A stretch of DNA of 64,000 bases, from NCBI GenBank assembly GCA_023213395.1, contig CM041465.1:201755741-201819740 (forward strand). Direction: 5' to 3'. Below are positions 40,410-52,990 of this stretch, piece after piece (within the stretch, counting starts at the first letter, position 1; each line of letters opens with the position of its first letter). The DNA comes from Cycas panzhihuaensis. Lineage: Eukaryota; Plantae; Cycadophyta. The notes under the pieces were generated by a model, which was not told the origin of the DNA, searched no databases, and saw nothing but the letters and a program-made list of their open reading frames with translations. The position numbers and the translations under genes are program-made.

Positions 40410-40839
40410 TGTTAAGAAACATGAATGAATGCATACATGTTTACACACTGCAAAATCTTTACCATACACAATAAGCAAACAATATAAACAAAGAACAATT
40501 GCACAATACACAGGATATATGTGAGAAACCCTTTTGGGAAAAAACCCACCACAAAAGATCTATTGATCACATTGATTCCAATTGAGATGAATATACAATG
40601 GACTTCGAGATATTTATAATTCTTTAAGAGGTGTCAACCATTAAAGGTTGTGACCTTCCTAATAACTCACATCTTTTCTTTAATCATATAATTAAACCAC
40701 ATATTAATATTAACAAGTGGCTTAATAATTAATTGCCACATTAACATCTCCCTTTAATGTGAATGTGGGGAATCTGCAACAATTTAGTTATCACAAAGGC
40801 TAGACTATCCTTCTGCTTTATCCTTGTTGATACATTCCC
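40410..40839 (-). mobile_element. Copia-type 3' LTR (40410-40746) with PPT and short internal 3' end
   Basis: TGTTAAG...TTAACA; PPT TCTCCCTTT 40747-40755; LTR motif GTGAGAAACCCTTTTGGGAAAAAACCCAC. Confidence 0.7.
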
Positions 40840-41040
40840 TGTTAGAATAAGTAATGTCTTATCCTTTTGTTATAATGTAACCTTAGTATAAGTTATGTCA
40901 TTAATTAACTCTAAATTAGGGTAACCATTAATGACCCCTTGTATATAAATACATGATGCAGTTCTCAAGAATAATACAATTCTTTGTTCTCCTCTCTTCC
41001 ATTTGTTCTCTGCTCTAACATGGTATTAGAGCGAGGTTAG

Positions 41041-44000
41041 TGTTGAAAAGGCCAAAGGATTAGAATGCCTAAGACCAATAAAATCCAAGATCATGAAGAT
41101 GGTTCACTCTAGTTCCAGAAAACATAAGAGCAAAACTAAAAGATAAGCAAGACCAAGATCAAAGGAGCAAGATGATACCAAAGTATGAGGAGAAGGAATC
41201 AATCCTACTCCAAAGAATACCAATTGATTAGCAAACTGATAGCATAACATTATACTCCAACTCTACATATGAGACATGAGGAGAGGTCTCAATACATAGA
41301 GAAACTAAGGTTACCTAACAATGTTGGATGTTTGACAAGTGGCAAACATCCAAGCTACATGCAATGCATGTCTTGCATGTCATGCATGAAGGACATGTGT
41401 CCTTTTAGATTCTCAAGTGAGCAAAGATGCATGAGGGTCCATTTGACCCTTTAGTTACAATGTTATGTCACTAGGAGGAATGTGGGTGTGCACTTTATCA
41501 CTTAAGTGATAAGTCACCCCATAAAGTACAAAATAATGAATGAAAGAACAAAGTGAATAAAGTACATACTTAACATGTAAACATAAGGTTTAACACCCCA
41601 CTTTATTGTTTACAATGTTAAGTTGGACGCCAAGACCATCTCTGAATTTTACAAATTTTTCTCTACCAAAAGGCTTGGTAAAGATATCTGTTGTCTGCTC
41701 CTCTGTAAGTGCAGATCGGAGGTTGATCTCACCATTCTGCACATGCTCTCTGATGAAGTGATGATGAACCTCGATGTGTTTGGTCCGTGCATGAAAGACT
41801 GGATTCTTGGCCAATTTGAGTACACTCTGATTGTCACAATATATCCAGTAGGGTGATTTTGTTCAAGTCCAAGCTCTTCAAGAATCTGTTGTAGCCAGTT
41901 AGCCTCACAAGCTGCGCTGACAACAACTTTGTACTCTGCTTCAGTGAAGGACAAGGTAGCAATGGGTTGCTTCTTGCAACTCCACGAAACAACTCCTGAA
42001 CCAAGGGTAAAGCAATAAGCCAAGGTGGATCTCCAGCTATCTTGACAACCTGCCCAATCAGAATCTGAGAACCCTTCGAAGATGGAGTCCTTATAATGTA
42101 CATACTGAAGGCCATGTTGCAAAGTTCCTTTGATGTATTTAAGTATGCGTTTTGTTGCATTCTACTGTTTCTGATTGGTTTGAGAGATGTATCTGGAACA
42201 AATCCCAACTGCAAATGAAATGTCCGGTCGAGTGTTGGTAAGATAAATGAGACTACCAATCAACTGCCGATAAAGAGTGGGATCTGCAGGTTCAGCTTCC
42301 TCATTAAGAGTAAGCTTTGTTCCATTCTCCATAGGCATTGGTGCTGGTTTGTAGTCATGCATCCTGAATTGCTGCAAAATGTCCTAAGAATATTTGGCTT
42401 GGGATATAAAGATAGAGCCTGGCTGTTGCCATACCTCAAAGCCTAGAAAATAATGTAGATGTCCAAGATCTGTCATCTCGAAAGTTCTCTTCAAATCATC
42501 CTGGAGAATCTATATCATCTTAGTGTCATTACCAGTGATCACTAAGTCATCAACATACAAGACAATAAAGATAGCATGGTCTTTCTGAACTTTGATGTAT
42601 AGGTTAGGGTCTGATGTGGATCGATGAAAACCATGTCTCAAAAAATAATCATCGATTTTGGAGTACCATGTATGAGGAGCTTGTTTCAAGCCATACAAAG
42701 CCTTTTTCAGGCGACAAATCAAGTGCTCCTTGCCTTGTACTTTGTAATTAGGAGGTTGTTCCAAATATACCTCCTCCTGAAGATCGCCATTGAAAAAGGT
42801 ACTCTTCACGTCCATTTGATATGCTGGCCATTTGCATTGAGCCGCTAAGGCCAAGATGAGTCTGATGGTGTTCATATTGGCAACAGGTGCAAAAGTTTCG
42901 TCATAGTCTATGCCTTCTTTTTGTTTGAAACCCTTCGCAACAAGTCGGGCCTTTTGGCACTTGAGTGTACCATCAGAATGGAATTTGGTCTTGTAGACCC
43001 ATTTGCAATTGATTGCTTGTTTATGCTTAGGCAATTCTACCAAATTCCATGTTCCATTCTTTTCAATAGAATGGATTTCTTCATCCATAGCAGCTTTCCG
43101 ATTGTCATTTTGCGATACCTCCTCAAAGGTGGAGGGCTCATCAACACAAAACACATCAGCCATAAGTGCATAATTGGTTTGCCGCCTATATTTTGATGGA
43201 CGTTTTCCTTCAATAATCTGGTCGTCTTGAACAGTTTGTGTAAACCATTTTGGAAATTTTTTAACTGATGTGATTTGAAGCTCAATGTCTTCTGGTCTGA
43301 GTGATGGATCAAAAGAAGATGTGCTAGGATCAAGTGGAGTAGTATCTAATGATCTAGACGGTCCAACTGGTGTAGATGATGTACATGATGTGGAAGATTG
43401 AGAGGGAAGGAAAAACTCAACAATCTTTTTACCTTTATCAAGAGGAGGTTGGATGGATGCAGATTCCAACTCCTTATGCTCTTCTTCAGGAAAGATTACA
43501 TCTCTTGAGAGATGCATTTTCTTCCGAATAGGATCATACAACTTGTAAGCTTTACTATGAGTGGCATAGCCTACAAAGATGCATTTTAGACTATGTTTGT
43601 CTAACTTAGATCTTTGTTGATTGGGGATGTGCATATATGCAGTACACCCAAATGTCCTTATGTGACTGATGGTAGGCTTTTTACCAGACCAAGCTTCTTT
43701 TGGTGTGATGTCAGTGACTGCTGAAATAGGACTCTGATTTGCCACATAAGCTGCTGTGTGGAATGTTTCTGCCCACTTGTGTGAGTCCTTTTGCATGCAT
43801 CATAGCTTTGGCTTTGTTTGCCAAAGTTATATTCATACGTTCAGAGACTCTGTTTTGTTGAGGAGTATGAGGAATAGTGAGCTGTCTCTGAATGCCATTA
43901 TCCTTGCGGAATTGGGTGAACTTTTTTGAAGTGAATTCACCTCCATTATCTGACCTTAGAATTTTGATTATATAGCCAGATTTATTCTCTACTTCAAGCT

Positions 44001-47000
44001 AGAATTCCTTGAACTTCTAGAATGCTTTAGACTTCTGTTTGAGGAAGTAAACCCAAACTTTGTGAGAGAAATCATCTATGAAGGAGATGTAATACAATGC
44101 TCCTCCAAAAGATGTTGTGGACATAGGTCCACATAAATCAGAATGTATCAACTGCAAAAGAATATGATGCACACCATGCTTTGCCTTTAGGAAACAACAA
44201 TCTATGTTGTGTCCCCATTATACAAGCTTCACAAAGGCATTTTGAACCATATAGTTTTGGAAGTCCATGCACCATGTTCTTGTTTATCATCAACTTGATA
44301 TTGTCTAAACTCAAGTGGCTTAGATGATGATGCCAAAGTTGCATCTTTGTTGATGATCGCATGACAGAGTGAGCAAAATCAAGAGTTATTTTATTTGCAT
44401 CCAACTTATAAAGGCCATGGTCTTCATGACCAATGGCTACAACCTGATCATGCTTGTCACTGATGACAAATTTCCCATTTTAAAACAAAATGCTCATCTG
44501 TTGCTTGTCTAATTGGCTAACATATAGCAAACTCTTCTCTATGGAAGGAATGTAGTAAGCATCACCATTGGGAAATGTTGAAGAAGGATTTGAAGAAGAA
44601 TGAAATGAGGCAACTTTGCCTATACCAGAAATCTGCACTGATTCATTGTTGTCAAAAGTTACTGATTTACCATTTCCTTCTTTGATGTCATAAAGAAGTT
44701 CTTCACTTCTAGTCATGTGACGTGATGCCTCCGAGTCGATGATCCAAGTTTGATCAACATCTAAACTGTGATAAGCACAAAGTAGCTTATTCTCTTATGT
44801 AAATTGACTTGTGTGGCATTGATTGCTACCTCTAAAACCCCCCCTTCCTCTTTGACCTCCTCGATATGTACCTCGATTTGGTCGAGGGGGATAGTGCTGT
44901 TGTTGTTGTTGAAATCGCTGCTACTGTTGAAATTGTTGACGAGGCTGCTGTTGTCTCTGATGTGGCTGCTGTTGATGTGTACACTGAAGGTCGGTTTTCT
45001 TCTTTCGACAATCAGGAGCTATGTGGCCAACCTTGCCATAGTAATGACAAATAACATTGGCTTTTGAGGTGCCAATGTTCATATTCCCAAACTATTTTGT
45101 AAGTGAAGGTTTGGGAGTTTGCTTGGCCTTCAACTTGGCTGTGAAAGCTCTTGAAGTAGATGCACTATCATCATTTTCTTTTGCATAAATTTGTTCCTCT
45201 TGAAGTAATAAACTCTCTAGTTGATTGAAGGACATGCCAGAAAGAGAGCCATCTCGTGTGACAGATGAGATAAAGCCATTGAAATCTTTAGGCAAAGCTC
45301 GAATGGTGGTGGTTACAAGCTCATCGCTAGAAGAAGGTTTGTATAAAGTATTCAATTCATTGCAAATTTCTTTAATAGAAGCAAGAAATGCCGACATAGG
45401 CTGTACATACTTTATAGAATAAAGTTTTACTTTCACCAATAATATGCGACCTTCATCTCACCTTCATACAAGGAGGACAAAATGTCCCAAGCTTCCTTAG
45501 ATGTTTCAGCATTTGAAATATTTTGATCAACATTCACATCAATAACCATATGTAAAAATGCCAAAGCTATTTCATCCTTGGTTTCTCAAGTGGCAACATA
45601 ATTAGCATCAAGATCAACAACAACACCATCAATCTCCATAGGTTCAGGTAAAGGAATTCTGCCTGAAACATAGCCCCAATGTTCATTCATCTTTAAGAGG
45701 TTTTGTGTTTGCCTCTTCCAATCTTGATAATTCTCTTGACCTGTCAACTTGATTGTGCATGCATTACGCATGTTTAAGTTGTAAAGAGCTTGAAGCTAGC
45801 AGATGACTTGGAAACTCAATGCTTTAATCGCTTAAGTTCCACCTTCTAACAAAACCAACAGTCCTAATTTTACTAGAAGATCCAACAACTGAATGGAGTG
45901 ATGAGGGGTGGAGGACTAGGCAAAAGAGTTGGTCCAACACTGATCTATAGAAGAGATCCAACAGTTGACCAAGCCAAATCTAGGACAAGGTAGGTAGGGT
46001 TGATCTGCATGGACGTACCATGCTTTCCCTGGGATTCATAGCCCCAATGACACCCTTTTCGAACCTCCTTTCCCTCAAGCAACCTTAATTGTCGTGCACT
46101 GACCGTATGGTCGGTTGGTCCCCTAGGGAATGCACCAAGCTTAAGGTTATTTCAGAGGCAAGGTTTGAACCTTTTTTGGGCCTCTCCCACTTGATTTTAA
46201 AGTTCACTTTTAGAAGATTGAAGTGGACTTTAGAGTAAATTTTACTTGGATGATGTAGATACTTGATTAATATTTACAATGATAAATAGCTTCAAAGAGA
46301 AGCAACCAAGTACATCACAATGAATACTTTGAGTGTTTTACAAGAGCACTTTAGTGTGAAATAGTGCTATCAAATCCAAGTAAAAGAAAGTGCTTGAGTA
46401 CAATGTGAAAATGTAAGCGCTTTGAAGAAGATGCTAAGTGCTTTAATAAAAAACGAGTAAAGTCTTGTGTTAAAAATGCAAGTGGGTTCCTTTTAATACT
46501 TGAAAAATAGAGGAAGATCACTTGCAAAAACTGAAGACGCTAAGCACCAAGTGTTGGGACTTTAAAATAGTCCCAACGATCAACAAAAGTGAGTGATTTT
46601 ATTAAGAAACAAGTCTCCTTGAGCCCTTTTTGAGACTAAGGGAAGTAGGTCACCATGTAAGGTGCCTTAAAAAAAGTGTTGAAATAGTGATGAGGATCAC
46701 TTTAACAAGGTCACAATACTTTAAAAATCACTCTTTTCAATGTCTTTTAACTTAAATAAGGCAAAAATGCCAAAAAACAAAGGTTGAAATTTAACATTTT
46801 TTTGCAACTTTGAGCAGCAAGAACACCACACAGGGAATCTTGATTGAGGACTTAAACCAAGAAATTTTAATCTCCAAAGATGAGTAACTGTTTTAGCTTT
46901 AGTGATTTGATGAAATCACTAAGTACAATGAAGATTTTAAACTCCAAGAAAACAAAATAAGTTGATTTTTTCCTTAGAAGATTTAAGCCAAAAAAGTCCC

Positions 47001-48796
47001 AAATAACTAAAAAGGCTTTAAAAAGGAAAAAATATTACTTTTTAATGTGAAAGATACTTGAAAAATGCTAGATTCAGTCCCTATTGCCACAAAAGTGAAG
47101 CTAATATGGTCACCAACTAAAAAATCACTTGAAAAAATATTAATTTTTACTTAAAAAGGTGGTTTTTAGTGATTAAGAGGTTGACTATAGTTACTAAACT
47201 TTATCAAAAGATGGATATACTTAGGAATATTCTAAAGAACATAACATAAAATATATTTTGCAATGTCCAAACTTGAAATATTTGAAAAAATTCAAATTTT
47301 TGAGTCACGGCGTGACTCTGGCGGCTCGGATGGCTTCCATGGACACGCAGATGATGAGAACAGTGTATAGAGACCTCTGTTTGTGCTGAAAATTCAGGAG
47401 GAGGGGGGCCCAGATGGTAGTCAGCTCCCTCTCAAATCTTGTGGCTTTTCATCAATCGTGCAGAGAGTTGTAAGTTAGTGAAGCTATGGCTAGTTGCACG
47501 GCCTTGAGAAGGTAAAACTAGAGTCGTACGACTGTCAAGGATTTAAAGCCCTCATATTAATCACTGAAACTCTTCACTGAAGTCTTCTACAACTGCATGC
47601 GGGGTCAGTATGTGGACAACCAGTCTATTGTGATAAAAAAGAGCGAAAAATAGTAATTTTTTGAGGTAAGTTTCACTAAAAATAGTGAGGAATTCGCCCA
47701 ACACTGAGAAATATTTGATGCAGGTCAATTACATGTCATAGACAATAACTATTGGATTGATTTACAGTCCAGACAAGCTAAATAAAATCATCACCAAAGA
47801 TTTTGAATTTTTTTAGTGGGGTTTGAGGGCTGAAAATGGCCCAGAATTTATCCACAACCTGCAAGAAGTTTGAACTTTGAAATAACCTCAGTCAATGAGA
47901 TTTAAACACCAACATAATACTCTAACACTTTGATTTGGAAGAAGAACCAGCTAAAAAAATCAATCTTTAGTGAAAAAATACAAGAAAACTTGAGTAGATT
48001 AGCTCAAAACTCTTGAAGAAGATCTGAAAAAAAAAAAAAATTCAGAACTGAGTATGATGAGCTCCAACCACTAAAACTGCTCCAGAAATATCTTTGATTT
48101 GCAGTGGTTTGCTTAAACAAACCTTGGATAGCCTTCAGAGAGTGAAGGTCGTCACCAAGGGTTTGTAAAACCCACTCTAAGTCCCCCTTGAAGAAGAAAT
48201 CAGAACAGAGGGAACTAGTCTCTTCTAGCTCTGATACCAAATGTTGAAAAGGCCAAAGGATTAGAATACTCAAGACCAATAAAATCCAAGATCATGAAGA
48301 TAGTTCACTCTAGTTCTAGAAAGCATAAGAGCAAAACTAAAAGATAAGCAAGACCAAAATCAAAGGAGCAAGATGATACCGAAGTATGAGGAGAAGGAAT
48401 TAGTCCTACTCCAAAGAATACCAATTGATTAGCAAACTGATAGCATAACATTATACTCCAACTCTACATATGAGACATGAGGAGAGGTCTCGATATATAG
48501 AGAAACTGAGGTTACCTAAGAACGTCGGATGTTTGACAAGTGGCAAACATCCAAGCTACATGCAATGCATGTCTTGCATGTCATGCATGAAGGACATGTG
48601 TCCTTTTAGGTTCTCAAGTGAGCAAAGATGCATGAGGGTCCATTTGACCCTTTAGTTACGATGTTATGTCACTAGGAGGAATGTGGGTGTGCACTTTATC
48701 ACTTAAGTGATAAGTCACCCCATAAAGTACAAAATAATGAATGAAAGAATAAAGTGAATAAAGTACATAGTTAACATGTAAACATAAGGTTTAACA
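41041..48796 (-). mobile_element. Complete Ty1/copia element (7.76 kb) with ~2.5 kb 5' leader; gag-pol pseudogenised
   Basis: 555-bp LTRs at 41041-41595 and 48242-48796 (~20 mismatches by eye, ~3.6%, mostly transitions); perfect TSD GTTAG; PBS GCTCTGATACCA ~48228-48239; PPT CCCCACTTT 41596-41604. Confidence 0.97.
41590..45771 (-). pseudogene. Copia gag-pol polyprotein (gag, PR, INT, RT, RNaseH), disrupted
   Basis: ORF pieces 45586-45771 and 45092-45439 (gag), WIIDSEAS (PR), 42510-43796 (INT C-term + RT, LYVDDL), 41649-42122 (FSDSDWAG), 41590-41814 (HARTKHIEV). Confidence 0.95.
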
Positions 48797-51700
48797 GTTA
48801 GGTCACTCTTTGCATCTAGAGATTGAGAATCTGTACAACCGTATGGACAATTCGTACACTGTACGAACAAGAAATTTGACCATGTTAGATTCGGCTCAAC
48901 ATTTACAGGTAGACTCGCCTCTATATGTTGATCATCTCTTTCCAAACTGTCAAAGGCAGGTTCCTCATAGATTTGAAAGAATAGGGCAAAACCCCTAGCC
49001 TCCCAAGTTTTGATTCATTCGTTGATTTCTCTCTATACAGGCTGATATCAGATCTAATTTGGTATCAAACGAAAGCTCTTGAGGAGATTTTTCCAACGGT
49101 ATATGACTCAACTAGGTTCAGTTAGCATCTCTGAAGATTTAAGCAAAAAATCCATTAAGCCCTAGTTGCCAATCTACACTTCAAGAAGCAATATCTTTTC
49201 ATCCAGAGCTCATATCAGACACCAGATTCAGATTCCCTGTGGAAAAATCTTTCATTTGACATCGGTTTCATCAAATTCTGAGGAAGTCAATTTTTTGGCT
49301 ACCAAGGCAGTCTATATAGCAAGCTATACAATTTCGTACAGTAGTACCATACAGTTGCAGACTCGAGATAGACCTCTGCTAAGGGAGTGAAAATCTTTAT
49401 CTAGTTTTAGCCTTTTTCTCTTTTAATTTTTCTAAGGTTCTACTTCTCATTATTAAGCTTAATATCTCATGTTCTTGTCAGTCACCCATTGGTAGATAAC
49501 TCTGCTTGGTAGCTACCCATTCCCTGCCTTAGAGACCCTGTTTTGAGGGTCTATAAATATTGCATTGGATTTGTCATTATTGGCTAAGCACAACTGGAAT
49601 ATATGCTAGCGTGTGAAGTGAGGGGATACATAAGGACCTAATACCCAAGCCTCATACACAATTCGCTCATGAATTTGAGCCTCCATGTATCGCGACGTTA
49701 ATAGGAGGATCTTATAGAACCCTTATCCACTTCCTAGAACAGGTTAACTATTGGCTGCTAAAGTCTCGTAGCGCAGTGGTTAGTGGTTAGCGCCATGAAG
49801 CTACCTGGCATGAATCTCATCTTGAGATTTATCATCATGCCTACAAGACTAAGCAATCCCTTATATAGGTTAATAGGAGTCTGCCTATACCTGACCATGG
49901 CTTCCTCACTTTGCATCTCTGATTCCAAGAAACTCACTGGAGACAATTATGAATCATGGAAGACTAAGATCCGCTCCATCCTAATTGCCCAAGGTGGATG
50001 GGACCAGACAGAAGTTTCTAAAGCTGAACCAATGGATGTAACTGAGAAGAAACTATATCTAGAACAAAAGGTCTTGCTCTTGCTACAATCACCCTTTTAG
50101 TCTCAGATACCCTTTTGCCTCACATATCAAGAGCCACAACTCCTCATGAAGCATGGACTATTCTGTCAGCCCTGTTTGCTCAAAAGAATATTGCCCGTAT
50201 CATGGCCCTTAAGAATCAAATGTCCCAGCACAAAATGACAGAGGTTGAAGACTTCACTTCCTTCCTAGCCCGTTTCTAAAAGATCCAAGAGAGCCTTGCT
50301 TCCATTGGAGTTACTTATTCAGACAATGATATGATTGACTTGATTATCCATAAATTGCCATCTAGATTTAGGCCTTTCATCACTAGCTATCAAATGATAG
50401 ATAAACTTGTCAAACCTACCTTTGATATAGTTTGTGGCCAAATCCTTCACTATGAGTAGACTGATGTCAATTTAGACAGTGACCTAGAGAACACATTTGC
50501 ATCCAAAGTCAACATCCGAGGATGCGGCAATCTGACTAGAGCTTTATACCAAGCACCTAAACGAAGGAGAAGACATGCATCCGGCTATAGTTGAGCTAGA
50601 GGTTGATCTTCCTTCCGAGCTCCACCACAACAGTATTTTGGAGGAAGAACAAGATGAAATATCATTAGCTACTACTGTGGAAAAATGGGACATTTTACCA
50701 CAGATTGCTGTCACCATAAGGCAAACTTAGAGAGGTGAATCATTACTACAGGAAGCTACTTTGGGTAAATAGAAAAGGATGACCAAACAAGAAAGGAAGA
50801 GGAAGAAGAAATTGCCTTCATCACTGTTCTCTCTTCAACCACTGATAACCAAAGCCCAGATGACTGGTTTATTGATTCAGGAGCATCATGACACATGTCC
50901 CACAGGCATTCCTAGTTCAATCACATCAAGCCACTATAGGGAGCAGGAATCGTAGAACTTGGAGATAACACCACCCATTCAATTCAGGGTAGCGATATAG
51001 TGCCAGTAGCCATGCTTGATGAGCCATTGAGAAAGTTGGACAAGATCTATATGTACCAGGGATGACCAAGAACCTGTTATCAGTCTCTCAACTGACTGAC
51101 AAAGGGATGAAAGTTTTATTTGACAATGACAAATGTATTATCTTTGATAAGACCAAAGATGACAAAGTGGTTGGTGATAGAATCAAAACAAAATGATTGT
51201 ATAAATTTCTTGCTTCACCAATACACTCTGCATTAAATGTAACTCATAATATTGATAATGAAAAACTCTGGCATTTGTGCTATGGGCACTTGTCTTATGA
51301 TGGCTTGTCTAATTTAAGCAAATATGATATGGTGAAAGAATTACCCTGGATTAAAAAACAAATTCTATATGTGATGTCTGTATGTTGGGCAAACAACATA
51401 GATTACAACTCTCTTAAAGCACTAGAAGGGCCTACTGCAAACTTCAACTTGTGCACAGTGACAGGCCCATTTACTCCTCCATCTATGCAATGTGCATGAT
51501 ATTTTATGACATTTATTGATGATTATTCAAGAAAAAATTGGATATATTTTCTTAAACTAAAATTAGATGTGTTTGAAGCCTTCCTAAACTTCAAGACTAA
51601 GGTTGAAAAAGAAAGCGGTCACTGCATTAAAATCTTGAGAACTGACAATGAAGGGAAATTTACCTCATGAATTCAAAGAATATTGTGAAAAACAGGGAAT

Positions 51701-51854
51701 GCAGAGACAATTAACAACCCCATATACTCCTCAATCCAATGGGGTAACAGAAAGGAAGAATAGAATCATAATCGAAATGACTCGGTCACTTCTAAAGCAA
51801 AAGGGAGTATCAAACAGGTATTGGGCTGAAGTTGCAAACACTGCGGCATTCTTG

Positions 51855-52990
51855 CTTCCCTTTGTTGTAATATTTCTTTGGAGCAGGTGTGATTGTCATT
51901 AGCTCTCCCTGGCCTCTATTTTCTATTTCTCATGGTGTCTGGGCTCCACTTGCCTAAGATCCTTCTACCGATTCATTTTGGTCTTCTTTTTTATTGATAC
52001 TTAATCTCCTTGCTCTCCTTAGTTTCTTCTCTGGGGACCATCTTAAGGCTCTCTGCTTGCTAGATTTTGTTATTCCCTGAGGTTTTGTTTATGACTCCTC
52101 TGCCTTCAAAGGCCGTTTAGGTGGCATTGGAAGGTACCCCTGGCTATCTAGGCTTAGTTAGAGCCTGCCATCACTATGACAGCCAGGGTGACTTGTCCTT
52201 TGCACATGGATTTTTTGGTTTTCTCTTCTCTCCACTAATGCACTTAGGCAACAAAACCAATGTTGACTACCGATTTGCTCCTTATTGCAAGATCTTCACT
52301 TGTCAAGGGTTTCCACTGTAGTCTAAGGTGTGTGCACGTGGTTAACATACATGATCTTCATTTATTAAGCCGCATAAGTCCACAAGTAACTCATACACAT
52401 ACATTCATTAAGCATTCCTCAATGAGTACACATGCTTTTCCACATAACTCTCTTATTTTATTAGGCAATAGTCAATATTACATCATATAAGATCCATTCC
52501 GGTCTGACTGGTCAACTGTACTAGATCAAGTACCGTTGGAATCACTAACTTGGCTCTCACATCCATCCCAATGAGCAGATGTGTTTATATACACTGTGCA
52601 TTCTTGTTATAGAACGATTGCGTTTAACAGTCGCAACCGTCCGTTCTTCTGAATGGATGCCTATTCAGCCCTTAACCACTCTTTGTTAGCCTCTTAATAC
52701 AATCTTCAATCCGTATGGCTATCCACGTGTCATATGCGTTTCGTCCATCATTCCTCTGTTGGGTCACAACTATTCCTTTTTTTACTCGGTGCGTTCCTGC
52801 GTTCCTCAACTGTTCCTACGTATAACATTCGTTCCTGCAGTGGGATGGACTGCGTTCTATACATTATTCCATCCATTCTCTATTTCGAATGCATGCTAAA
52901 TGGTTGCCCTGTAAAATACCCATTGTTTTGTCTATTTTTTGTCATACATTCCTTGTAATGGGCGCATGGGTGTCAAATAGAACTGCAACA
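51855..52990 (-). mobile_element. Truncated Ty3/gypsy copy (LTR ~52317-52990 + 5' internal), same family as the element at 53846
   Basis: Reverse complement aligns along its length with 53846-55005; terminus TGTTGCAG at 52990; LTR end GACTACA followed by GTGG. Confidence 0.85.

Larger units (their letters stand above)
40840..51854 (+). mobile_element. Ty1/copia element: 181-bp 5' LTR (40840-41020), PBS, leader 48802-49896, gag-protease-integrase 49897-51854; 3' half missing
   Basis: TGTTAGAA...CTCTAACA|TGGTATTAGAGC; gag MASSLCISDSKKLTGDNYESWKTKI; protease DWFIDSGAS at ~50860; integrase FIDDYSRK and PQSNGVTERKNR...YWAEVANTA. Multiple stops and frameshifts. Confidence 0.88.

Noticed and set aside
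41269-41454. Duplicated short ORFs (41269/48470 and 56039/60726) as paralogous genes
   Set aside because: They are chance ORFs within paired LTRs
46085-46150. Three-way junction as a hammerhead ribozyme (retrozyme-like)
   Set aside because: Catalytic core CUGANGA...GAAA absent on both strands
48905-48962. AG|ACTCGCCTCTATATGTTGATCAT would splice in phase to exon 1 giving DSPLYVDHL, reminiscent of the expected DPLFVDPY
   Set aside because: Lies inside a copia 5' leader, lacks a polypyrimidine tract, and the similarity does not extend; probably coincidence
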